Source: Epiperipatus broadwayi (lineage: Eukaryota > Animalia > Onychophora). Taken from it: DNA of 64,000 nt. The position numbers and the translations under genes are program-made. Under the pieces are notes generated by a model. The model saw only the letters and a list, made by a program, of their open reading frames with translations, ran no database searches and had not been told where the DNA came from. Below are positions 13,184 to 25,028 of the stretch, piece by piece. Every line of letters begins with the position of its first letter. Position 1 is the first letter of the stretch. The DNA is taken from contig JAQFVV010000001.1 in the NCBI GenBank assembly GCA_028023455.1, positions 26,598,001 to 26,662,000 of the forward strand. Reading direction: 5' to 3'.

Positions 13184-14814
13184 CTATAAGAAAAAAGTAA
13201 AAAAAAAAAAAGTTTTATTTTCAATAAAGAGGTTTTTATTACTCAATAACGATGAAACCAAATGTTAAAAGATTCCAAACTCATTTATTTATTAAAAAGC
13301 ACACTAAATAAACTATAAAGGAAGGGTCTTTGTCATTCACATATTGTAAATTTTCACATAGCTACAAATACATAATATAATGAAAAAATTTCTCCAAATA
13401 ACCTCACATATTACTAAAGCATGTGATGTAGATACTCAAAGAATTGTTTCTTAAATATCTGCACATTCTTATAATGAATTCCATGATTGTATTTTTAAAA
13501 AAATGCTTACAATCAAACTTCTGAATAGGCAATTAAATATTACTATGGGAAATATAATTGGCATTCTCAAATATATTCTCATGAAATAAAAACCCATTCT
13601 TTCATATATTTTTCCATCAAAAATCATGTTACCTCATAAAAAAATGTATTGCATAAAAAGAGCACTAATTCAAAATATAGTTTTACAATCTAAACAAATT
13701 TATTTTTCTAGCTCCTATATTAAATCCAGATGAATTTGATATTCCCATACATTATTAATCTCATCAGATCTTCATAACCATTTGTGATCATGCTTGAGAA
13801 ATGATATAAAACAATATGCGATTTATATATTTGAAGAAAAAAAACCTTAAGTTTCATAGAACATGGTTAATAATTTTACTATATAGTCACATAATAACAA
13901 AATAGAAGACCAAAAACAAATAGTGAATTCATCCCCACAAATTTTTTTTATAAATGATTATGAATAGCTAGCTAGCTGTCTTTTTTTTTTTTAAAAAAAA
14001 TTATGTTAAATTAATACAAAAAATGAAAATGCCCTCATATCATATTTCTTCTTAATGTTAAATGAAAACAATAAATGATTGATAAATGAATATAAGCATT
14101 ATATATTAAAATAAATAGTAATTTGCCTATGACAAATGATATTTTCTAAGATAATATTTATTTACAAGATGAAGATAAGCATTTTATATCTTCAAGTGAT
14201 TTACAATTTATATAAATTTACTGTATATTGTTTAAAAAAATAATTTAATTTCATATTTATCTATGCAAAAAAACATTATGTCTCATTGTTTAAATTAATT
14301 GGATCATTATACACTTTTCACTAAAAGATAATGACTATCAATATTAAATTTCCAAAATCATAAAAATATTTATAAGATCATAGGTAAAAATTAAATGATA
14401 CTGCATAAATTGAAGCAATTTTTATTTTAATACTACATCATCAAAGAGGGGGAAAATTAAACATCCATCTTACTTCATGATATTTACTATAACTATTAAT
14501 TTTGTATATTTAATATATTGATTTTACTAACTAGAAATAGATTTTTATATTAAGGAAACTTAAAGCAAATAACGAAGGTTTTTTAATTTTTGTTTATATG
14601 TTAAATGTATTAATGTCATAAATAAAAAAGAAAGAATGTTCTATAATTGAAAAGGAAACAGAAAAATTATCATATATGCAGTGTTTCTTTTTGTCTATAA
14701 TTAGATTATACTATGTATTATATCCATAGTATAGAAACTATTAATATTTTACTTTTTCCATTTTTTTTTTGTTTCAAATAAATAAAATCTCTGTTGTAAA
14801 AGTTACATCTTAAA

Positions 14815-17252
14815 CAGGTCCTTTTAATGCTGTCGTGCCAAACCTAGGTTATAATGTTATTCCGTGTGCTAATATGATTGTACCAATCATATTATATATA
14901 GTATCAAAATTGGTTCTGTTATAATGGGCTTCAAAATTATATATTATATACTTTTGAAGCCCATTACAACTGCATCTACCATTCAATATTTTAAAATATA
15001 TATGATCATATGTGAAAAGTATGTTTTATTATTTTTAACACATAGTTTAAATAAGAAAAAATTATGAAGAATTCAAATATGATTATCCATTCTTTATTAT
15101 TAATCTGAACTACTATTGCAAATTTTGCCCTTGTAACTCTTTGCTGAATAGCTCAATATCAGGTGTGTAACTGGTCACTTAACTTCATGCAGGCTTCTGA
15201 ATGTTCAGGTATTAGACAATTTCTTTGCAAACTCAAAATATTTTTCGTATGTGATAAATTTGTTCACATACGTAAGTTGAGCTGAATGCTGAAAGCGGAG
15301 CACATGCAATTTTCTTCAAAGAATTAAATCTTTCAGGTAATAATTGAGAATGACAGCAGACTTTTCTAAACAATTTCCTTTAAGCGTTTTCCTCAATTCT
15401 ACAAATTTAGTTTTCCATTATTCTGATAATATTAATTTGATGAATTCCATTTCAAAACTATCAACATCCATCGACTCAGAAAGAGTTAAGTCAAATGGAG
15501 TTATCTTTAGATCTAAATCAGGTTTGATGAGGATAGAAAATATGAGTGCATGTTTGAAAATTTCACATCATTTGGAAAATTCTTCCCTGAGAAATTTCAA
15601 CATATTTTTGAAGTTCATCTTTGTTAACATTAAATCGATTTGTATGGACTTTTACATGTGGAAAGTACTTCTAGATGTTAGTGGGATTATCATGCCAAAA
15701 CATATCTAATTTTGAGACAAATCCTTTCAAGTATCTTTCCTTGCAATCACAAATTTAAGTCATTCAGATGTTCAGTTATATCAGTCAGAAACATCAATTT
15801 GTATAACCAGTCTTTGTCCTTCATTTCCAGGAAATGTTCTTTTTCATCAAGAAACATCTTGATTTCTTCCAGACATGATACAAACCTGTTCAAAATATTA
15901 TCCTGATTAATCCAGTAGTTATTATTATATAGAGGGAGGTCTGCATATGCACTGTTAATTTCTTGCAAAAAGAACTTAAATTGCTTGTGAATCGATGAAG
16001 AATGAAAAATTATGAAATTAACTATCTTAACAACAGTGTCCATTACAGAATTTAAGTAGTGTGATGAAATTTTTGCAACTAAACTTTCCTGGTGTATAAT
16101 ACAGTAGAAACTCAATATTCGATATTTAATATGATTTTTAAGAAGTTTAACAAATCCCTTTTCCTGCATGGCCAGCATCAGTAGTAACACTAAATGTTTA
16201 TGTTAATTTTTTGATTTTCAAAGTAATTGAAAAATGCAGTGAAAATGTCATGTTCTGTTGTTATATCAATAAGAAGAATCAAGCAAAACAATATTTCATA
16301 AATACAATCATTATCACAATATCTTGCAATTATTGCTAAGTGAGCCACATCATTTATGTTAATGTGTTCATCAATAGCAACACTTATTACAACAGCTTAC
16401 TGTAGTCAGCTTTTCTGTTTTATTATATTTTCAACCATGTCAGTCTTTAAATTGATCTCTCAGAACCTGATATTCCTTGAATTCAAGACAGTATTGTTTG
16501 TTTACTTGGTAGATCATTGAACAAGATTTGAGCACTTCTTAAAAAATGTTTCTTTGATGAATTCTCCATCTGTGAAAGATTTGACTTTTGAAGCCACACA
16601 ATAAACAATTACATAACTACATTCAGTAGTTTTATTTCTAGTTCCAATTATTTGACTAAAAGAAGTAGAAGTGTTTATTAAAAGAAGAAACAGCCCCCTT
16701 TATAGCTTCTTTTCTCATTAGAGTTTTTAAATGAGGACAGACGTTTAGTTTGGTAATGTCTTTGTACACTTGAAGCATGGCAAATAACACTTTTACAGCA
16801 TAACATACACACAATATGATCCTTTTGCTGTAGAAATCTATATTCATTTGTCACAAGAGCCTTGAAAAGAATGAACATTATATTTTTGTCTTATATGAGT
16901 CACTTTGGGATAATAATAAGAGTTTTATTTTAATACATCATAGTCTTCACTAAACATATGATTTTCTTTTACATGTGAACAGCAGGGACAAAATGTAGGT
17001 GAGTTGTGGAGTATGAATGCATGTGTAGTAATTATATAATAACAAAAGTTTTGTTTTAACTAACGGATCAAGGCTTGCACTAAATAAGTTTCCATTTACA
17101 TATGAATCACATATACAAAACATAAGTGATGGCACAAACATGTACACTGTAATTAAAATAAAATTTTTTACTATTTCAATTCAATCAGAGTGACATTGGT
17201 AATCATTTTGTCTGCCAAGCATGGCACACATGCTGTAGGTTGCAGACCCCTG
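14815..17252 (-). mobile_element. Decayed hAT DNA transposon (GTF2IRD2/EPM2AIP1/ZBED-like transposase relic ~15100-16880)
   Basis: BED-like VCMLCCKSVICHASSVQRHYQTK; YCIIHQESL...VMDTVVKIVNFI...WLYKLMFLTDITEHLNDLNL; C-terminal FSSTYVCEQ. The 5' TIR CAGGGGTCTGCAACCT lies at 17252-17237. The left boundary (CAGGTC at 14815) is a guess. Confidence 0.88.
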
Positions 17253-19277
17253 TCCTTAGATATAAATTATTTAGATATACAAAAAAAAAGAATGATGTCA
17301 AGTATTATTAGTACCAAAACAAAAGAATCAACATTGACAAGTGTACGGTCTGATAAGTACAATATATCATGGTTAAAGCAAAAATGATAAAATGTATATA
17401 ATAAAAATATTTCTGAACAAGAAGCATAAGCACATTAAATATAAACAATGTTAAATTTTATAACTGTGGAAGAATTAGTTATTTTGTAAAGAAATGTAAG
17501 AACTTTAAACTATAATGCAACTTATTTTATAAAATGAGAGAAAAAAGGATCACATATGAAATTCTCATTGGATGTTAATTAAAAAACAAAAATTAAAAAA
17601 AATATATATGTTGAAACAATATATTCAATCTCTCGTAACTGTTTCACCTATTTTTCCTCACAGCTCCATCTGAGCGGGATAGAAACATCTTTGAGTACAT
17701 GTATATAAGCATCAACAGTTACATAGGTATCCTCACACTTAAATATTCAGACAAATGACTGTGATATCATCAGTTTTATATATATATATATACTACAGTG
17801 TGTATAGTTTATTTCAAAATACTATATATTGTATTATAGATTTTAGTTTCTTAAAAAGAGTCGATTTGTTATTTTACATTTGAAATTGCGTGTATATAAG
17901 CATGACCTACACAGGACCGTGTTATATGTAGAATAATATTGTTAAAAGTTATAACGATTTTTAATTTTAACGTTAAATAAGTCACAAAAAAAAGCTTGAT
18001 ATGTTATTGCTGAGTAATAATATTTTTTCCAAAAATGTATGATTTTTGTAAACAAAATTACTGAACAGATACTATTGCAAAGTCATTAGGGATTTAAAAT
18101 GGTCAAATTTAAGTAAAAACATCCTGTTAAAAAATTAACAGGAAGGTTGAAATGAATTAAATTGTAAAATTTCAGAAGGTGATAAATGATTCTCAAGAAG
18201 TAAATGGTCTTGTTGATAGCAAGATGTTCTAATCCTTGAATCACACAAATTGGCCATATTTCTTGCTGTAAATTGGCTCTTCTATACTTTTAAGAAGTTT
18301 TGCCTACCATAATCCATGCTAGTTTTCATTCTGACATGTCTAGCTAAGCGGATTTGGAATTGCTGTTTCTCTGGTGGGAGATGGATAACTCTGTTCACCC
18401 CTACATGCTTGATGGGATGATCATCATCACAAAGGGGGAACCTTCCAGCAGTGTACCATAAGAAAAAGATATCCTAATCCAGACCACCTATCCGAGGAGT
18501 GGGATATTGTTTTCTTTATTAGAACTGGAACACAATGGTCTTGACCATGTTTATACAGCCTATTTGAGTTCCTGAACTTATCTGTTCTTATATTAATTGC
18601 AGCAAATTGTCCGGTCTCAGAGCACCGAGCATTTGATGCTGAAGCTCTTGAATAATTAATTACTTACTCGCACCACAAACTTATTCCTTAGTATTTTATT
18701 TAGCACTATAGTATATATATGCGAATCTAAAAGTAACCAGTTCTTTTCCTTATTATTAATTAACTATTCAGTATTAAACTGAAATTTGAATCTTGGTTAG
18801 CAGGTTGAATCTGCATTATCTTGAGCTTATTTATTTATTCTCACTGTTAATATATATATCAGCTATCTTAGAGCTGTAAGTAGTCATCATCTCAGCTAGG
18901 CTATTATCTTGTAACATTAGCAAACAAATGCACAAAAGGATGGGCATATTAAAAGATTATAGGCATGATTTATTAACTGCACATCCACCTATTTTAATGT
19001 GTTAGGAGGGAACTGCTGTATTGATAATAGTCTCATCCACCATGTAAATGCCTGCATGCATTGATCCCACATATTTAATACTATATTATCCTTGCCATTT
19101 TCTTTTACTTGATTTTATGTTATTGTTTTAATAAACTTGTTTAAAATATAAAACTTATTCCATATCTTTCTTGCTCGTAGTTCTATTTCAATCCAATCCA
19201 TATTATCTTATTCCAAATTGTTTAATGATGTTACATGTCGAATATGCCTTGTTTTAATTACAATAATTAGTATAATC

Positions 19278-19748
19278 CACCGGTCGATCGCAAAGCCATT
19301 TTTGATCGATCACGAGGCCAATCTGGCAAGAGCTGTGGGTAATGAGTGAAACAAATTAAGTCAAGATTTTCAAGTTTTTTTGTTATCATTATTGTAAAAA
19401 ATAACAATTATTTAAAGGGCATGTCCAGAGGAATTAAAGCAACATGAGTAATTATTAACAATATTTATTAATGTAGCTAATTCGAATTAATAAATATTGT
19501 TAATAATTACTCATGTTGCTTTAATTCCTCTGGACATGAGTTTTTTGGCCCTTTAAATAATTATTTTTTACTAGGTATATATATAAAAATAGTATGTATT
19601 TCAGATCTACTCCACCTAGACTATGCCTATGACAACAAGTCGATCACCTACGACAACAAGTTGATCACCTATGACAACAAATCGATCGCAACACATTTTT
19701 AAAAATAAAAAGTAGATCTTATGAACAAAAACATTGGCCACTCCTGGT
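19278..19748. mobile_element. hAT-like MITE remnant with an internal palindrome and three 21-bp repeats
   Basis: The right end TTGGCCACTCCTG resembles hAT TIRs (CAGGRGTGGCCAA). GTCGATCGC and GTAGATC subterminal motifs are present. CCTATGACAACAAGTCGATCA occurs three times at ~19627-19690. The left TIR was not found. Confidence 0.5.
19420..19538. repeat. Perfect 53-bp inverted repeat with a 13-nt centre
   Basis: CATGTCCAGAGGAATTAAAGCAACATGAGTAATTATTAACAATATTTATTAAT (19420-19472) has its exact reverse complement at 19486-19538. Confidence 0.95.
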
Positions 19749-20027
19749 CTATTTCAACCCATTAAATTAATTGTTAGCCAGCCCTAGAGTCTCATGTTTC
19801 TTTCTGTTAAGAGCCGGCTTGCAGATTGAATTAAGACTTGTGTGTAACCTCAGAAATGTAACACATAAGTTGTTAAATCATGGAGTACTGGTGAATGAGT
19901 TGATGCATGGTTGGACTCAAGATCTCACTATTCCATTTCGGTTAGCTTTGGTATAATTTACCAGGATTCTGGATTTTGTTTCGTGAATCTACAAATCAGG
20001 CTGTTAAATAGGTTTTTTTTCTGATTA

Positions 20028-20340
20028 TGGCGCATCAACATTTGGGCTTGAACTGTGTCTCACATGACCCTGAACAGTGTTTTCCCAAAGATAATGCATT
20101 GCAGCACAATATGTTATCTGTATAAAAAAAATTTCCAATTATGGTGCCACAACTTAGGTCTTGAATAACATACCCACACTACCTGAGATCATGAGAAGTC
20201 CTTTAATTTATTTGTATTAAAAGGAAAGATGGAATAACAATTTTTTCCCTTGTTTATATATGTAAATTTTTTCTGTCCCCAGGCATGACATTACAACTGT
20301 GAGATGCAATCGTAATTATATACCCACATCACCTGAGTAA
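20028..20340 (-). pseudogene. Three decayed tRNA-Lys(CTT)-like 3' fragments including CCA
   Basis: Plus strand TGGCGCATCAACATTTGGGCTTGAAC (20028) and TGGTGCCACAACTTAGGTCTTGAA...CCCACACTACCTGAGATCATGAG (20142) resemble the reverse complement of the tRNA-Lys(CTT) 3' half (TGGCGCCCAACGTGGGGCTCGAACCCACGACCCTGAGA). A third, weaker unit lies at ~20286-20340. Confidence 0.45.
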
Positions 20341-22662
20341 CATATATAAAAAAAATTTTGTCTATTTATCTGAGACTACTTTATGTTTTAATTTTTTAAA
20401 TTGTCTTTGACTTAACAGATGAATACTCGGATTATATTGAAGCAGTCAATCTTAGCTTAAGATTGAGATTCATGGTTCCATCTACTAACCTGCATTCAAA
20501 CCCTAAATCCTATCCTGCTCCTTTAGTCACATATAAATTTTATGTATATATTTGAGATGCGCGCCTAAAAGTTATAAAATTTTAACTTATAAATATTTTT
20601 AATTATTATTAATTCTTTTTTTATTAAAGTACATATGTGCTGCTCAAATATATATATATATATATATATATAGGAGCAAACATACTAACAAAATATTGAT
20701 TTTTTAAAAATATGTTATAATACATCATTTATAAAACTTTTTCTTTTTAAATTGTTTTTTCTATTAAACAGTATATTTTTATAAAATCCAAGATGGAAGA
20801 TGCAACCGTTAATTGTCCAAAAATAATTAAAGGGTTGGAAATATAATATTGTTTTAATCTTGGGAAGGAATTTTTAATTAAAGTTTTTATTTAAAATAAA
20901 ATGGGGATTAAGATTAACGATTGTACTTTTGTTATAAACATTTTTGTCAGATCTATTTCTAACCTGGAAATAGATTTGAACTTCTTTTTGGACGTTATCT
21001 TGCGATTGCATCTTAAAATAATGAACAAAGAAAACTTCAGATTTTAGATTAAATATTAGATTTGAGCTAGAAATAAACTGAAAGCATTCCAGAAATGTCT
21101 GGGCAGGAGTATAAAATGGGCCAATTTTAAATGCCAACAGATTAGCTACTATTTAGAGAACTGTGCTGTTATAACCCACACTGCTTTGAAATCTGAAAAT
21201 GATGATCGGGTAAAACCAATCACCTTCTCGACCCTAGCGGGGTCATCTTCTGCTGCTGTAATATCCTGCTGCCCTAAAATGAAAAAGCCTAAAAAAGAAC
21301 TTTGGAATGCTGATCAGAAGCTGACTGTCACCAAGAAGAATTCACATGGATCCATTAAATGCCGTACTTTGAAAAATGGACTATTAAATGGTGCAAGGTA
21401 AATTATTTCAAACCGCCGCCATTGAAAACAAATCTAGCTTGCCTAACTAGTCTCAAATTCTATTAAGATTTCTCCTAATGTATTAATTATTAACTTTGTG
21501 TTTTACTAAAATGTAAATGTAAATTTCTCTTAAAGAATTTTTTTGAATCTTAATCTCTCTCATATGCTCTAACTTTCTTTAACTTTGATGCGGTCATTTA
21601 TTTATAGTTATTTATTACTTGTTAATATGCCAATCTCAAGCAATTTGACTAGTTGAATTTCTAAAATCTTTTCTTTCTTCTTTTTAAGTACACCTTCATG
21701 AATTAAGGTTATTAATGTCACCTTAAAACATAATGCATTATTAATTAATATGCTCACCAGATTATTTTTACAAGTCAACATTTTGTTTATGTTTTAGTGT
21801 AAAAATTTGTTATTTGTTTAAATCTGGATTCTACCCAGGGAGAATGCAGAACTCAAGCTAATTAACACTCTGAAACCTTATTTATTTTATAAATATTATT
21901 CAATTCTGAAAGGATGACTTATTGTTTTCTACATATAACTGCTAGTTATTTTCTTTTTCCATACTTTTAAAATATCATAAGCTTAAATATTCAGTTGTTG
22001 TAAAATCCATGAAGGTGGGATTGAATTATTTTAAATAGCAGAAAAGGAGGGGGTCAAATCTTAATGTACATTTTATTAAATGAAATCTAAATCTCTCTAT
22101 ATATATTCTAGTGACATAGCATATTATTTATATAAATTATGGCATTCTAACTAGGATCATTTATTTTAAAACAGTAAATTATATTCAATGTCATTAATGA
22201 CATCTTTCTGTACTGCGTTACTGACATTCAGCATATCTTCATGAATATATATATTAAGTGCTTCTAATCTGCGGTTGTGACAAGATCGAACCCATAGATT
22301 TCTTCTCAAGCCTTATCCTGAGTATAGCTGGTCTTTCCAGGACCACTTATTTTGTATAAAAAGGCATCTGGAAGTGATTCCAGTACGCCTGGCACATGCT
22401 ATGCTTATCCACTTAATTTGTATAAAAGGCCTGCACGTGGTGATGTTTATGGCATGCCTATCCACTCTTTTTCTAAGCACTGCCCAAGAAGAGGGTCTTA
22501 GACTTCATCTTTAGTCCAAAAGCACAACTTTTCCTGTTATTTCTGCGCCATTGTCAGTACCACCACTTTTTTATATTACTATTTCTTTTGTAAAATAATA
22601 TTGGTGCCATTGCACCTGACCCAAAGCTACTTTTTACTTAAAAACAAAATAAAATTATATTA

Positions 22663-22710
22663 CTCAGCAAGCGCTTTCAAGACACGTGCTCTCATCTTCA
22701 TAGCTCTAAG
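22663..22710 (-). ncRNA. Hammerhead-like motif in the PLE 3' end (family 2, left arm)
   Basis: Minus strand CT-ATGAAGA-TGAGAGCACGTGTCTT-GAAA-GCGC-TT-GCTGAG just after the endonuclease stop. It has the palindromic AGCGCT stem III typical of minimal PLE hammerheads, but C3 is not conserved. Confidence 0.4.
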
Positions 22711-24461
22711 TGAAGTAATTATATGCAAATTATGCCAAGTTCAAAGGTTAATTGCTCCATTTCTTTGAGATTGCGAAGCATGTGTCCTTAACTTTTCTTT
22801 TTACATTGTGCCTTTCTTTGCAGACCAGGTTGATATCTTGAGGTTCACACTGGTGTCCTGTTAGTTTCTGATGAAGTGCAAAAATGGAATAATGTGATGG
22901 ATCTGACTGAACTTTAATATATGCATATTTCTGTTATAATAATCTGGTTTCTATTGCTACCTTGGTTTCCCCATAATATGAGGCTCTACAATTTGCATGA
23001 GTTCATGCAATATTATAAATGGCTTGAGGTGTTTGAGCCAGTGCTAAGCAATCTGTTAGGACTGGGGGTGGGGTACGAAAAGTTATTTGAAACTGTCTGT
23101 TAAAAATTTCATAAAATTTATTATGTAAATTAGTAATGTATGGCAACAGCAGCCTGTGTGTATCCATATTGGGTGTATTGTTGGTTACTTTACTGTTGAA
23201 ATGTATGATCCTTCTGTCGATCAGCCTGTGTTTGAACCCCATCTTCAGTAAGTCTTCCTTGTATAATATTGTCCTCCTGTCTGCATCTAACTTACACAGC
23301 TGTTGGTTCCTGTGCAGAAAAGATGTGAGCCCAGCTAATTTATGGCTGGTGGGCATAATGGAACTGGGCTGGATATAGCCACTTACTTCAAATAGCTTCA
23401 TATTGAACCAACAAATCTAGATATTTTACTTGCTTGTTAAGATCTTCCTGGTGGGCATAATGGAACTGGGCTGGATATAGCCTCTTACTTCAAATGACTT
23501 CATATTGAACCAACAAATCTAGATATTTTACTTGCTTGTTAAGATCTTCCCATTCCATATTTAAAGTCAAGATAGAGCTGTTCTGAAGTTCATTTTTGAT
23601 TTCATTAATGAGATCAGTGTTGGCAGCTATAAACAGATCATCCACATATCTAGGCAAGATATGTTGTTCAGGATGGTCAATTAATGCTGACAATGATCCC
23701 ACTAATTGGAAGGCCCATAGGCCATCCATCCTTCATATAGTACCACTCCCCATTAAACATTGCCATTATATTATTATGCAGCCAACTTAAGAACTCAATT
23801 ATAAACATAATCCAGGCTTGCTCTATATTCCTGTGAGCCAATGCTTCCTTTATGATATCTATAGATTTTGGTCTGTTGATGAAACCATACAACTCGGTTA
23901 TGTCCATAGCTGCTAACCTTGTGTCTGCATTTATTTGTATGTTCTTGATTTTTGACACAAACTCAAATGAAGACTTTACTGTGCAACCTCCAAAACACCC
24001 TTAAAGTAATGGGTTGCCCCAAAGTCCAACATTAATTTTAATGGGGTTTGTGGCTTATGCGTCTTTGCATTACCAAAAATTCGTGGCGGTATTGTAGCTG
24101 AAGGGTATAATCTGTAATATTCAGATTTTGAAAAAGGCTTATTACAGTGTGCCCGCAAAATCGAATGTATAAACCTTTCTCTATTTACTTGATGTTAAAA
24201 TTTCTGCATTCACTGAAACTTTAGTTTATTGATCTGCATGTTTACTTTCTGAATATAGTCTTCATTCTTTATTATTACAAACCGGTTGCCTTTATCTTCT
24301 CTCACGCACATGATCTTTTCATTCTTAAGAAATAGTTTGGTGTTTTCTATATTCTCATCCCAATCATTCGTATGAAAATGAAATAATTTGTAGTTTATGC
24401 ATTTAGACCACCTGCACAAAATTATCTCTATCTGTTTACCAAAGGCAACAGGATTGTAATA

Positions 24462-25028
24462 ATGAAGAATGAAGATTATATTCAGAAAGTAAATGCTCAG
24501 ATCAATAAACTAAAGTTTCAGAGAATGCAGAAGTTTAATATCAAAATAAATAGAGAAAGGTTTATACCTTCGATTTTGCAGGCACACTGTAATAAAGCTT
24601 TCTCAAAGTCTGAATATTACAAATTATATCCTTCAGCTACAATACCACCAGGAATTTTTGCTAATGCAAAGACGCATAAGCCACAAATCCCACTAAGATT
24701 AATGTTGGACTTTGGGGGAGCCCATTATGTTAAGGTGGCCAAGTTGGTGAACAGATGGCTGATAAAAATATTAGGTTTTGGAAGTTACACAATAAAGTCT
24801 TCATTTGAGTTGGTGTCAAAAATCAAAAACATACAAATAAATGCAGACCCAATGCTAGCAGCAAGGGACATAACTGAGTTGTATGGTTCCATCAACAGAC
24901 CAAAATGTATAGATATCATAAAGAAAGTATTGGCTCAGAGGAATATAGACCAAGCCCAGATTACATTTATAATTGAGTTCTTAAGTTGGCTACATAATAA
25001 TATAATGGCAATGTTTAATGGGGAGTGA
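24462..25028 (+). pseudogene. Uninterrupted 188-aa PLE RT fragment (copy 2)
   Basis: ORF track: KNEDYIQKV...NAKTHKPQIPLR...DITELYGSI...MFNGE*. It is truncated before the YVDD motif. Confidence 0.85.

Larger units (their letters stand above)
18508..20005 (+). mobile_element. LTR-like dispersed repeat, copy 1 (interrupted by a MITE at ~19278-19748)
   Basis: Homologous blocks are shared with 31170-32053 and the reverse complement of 61242-62260 (GAGTCTCATGTTTCT; AGCTTTGGT.TA.TTT.CC..GATTCTGGATTTTGTT). It is preceded by purine tract GAGGAGTGGGA then TGT, and the other copies end in ACA. LTR identity is inferred. Confidence 0.5.
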
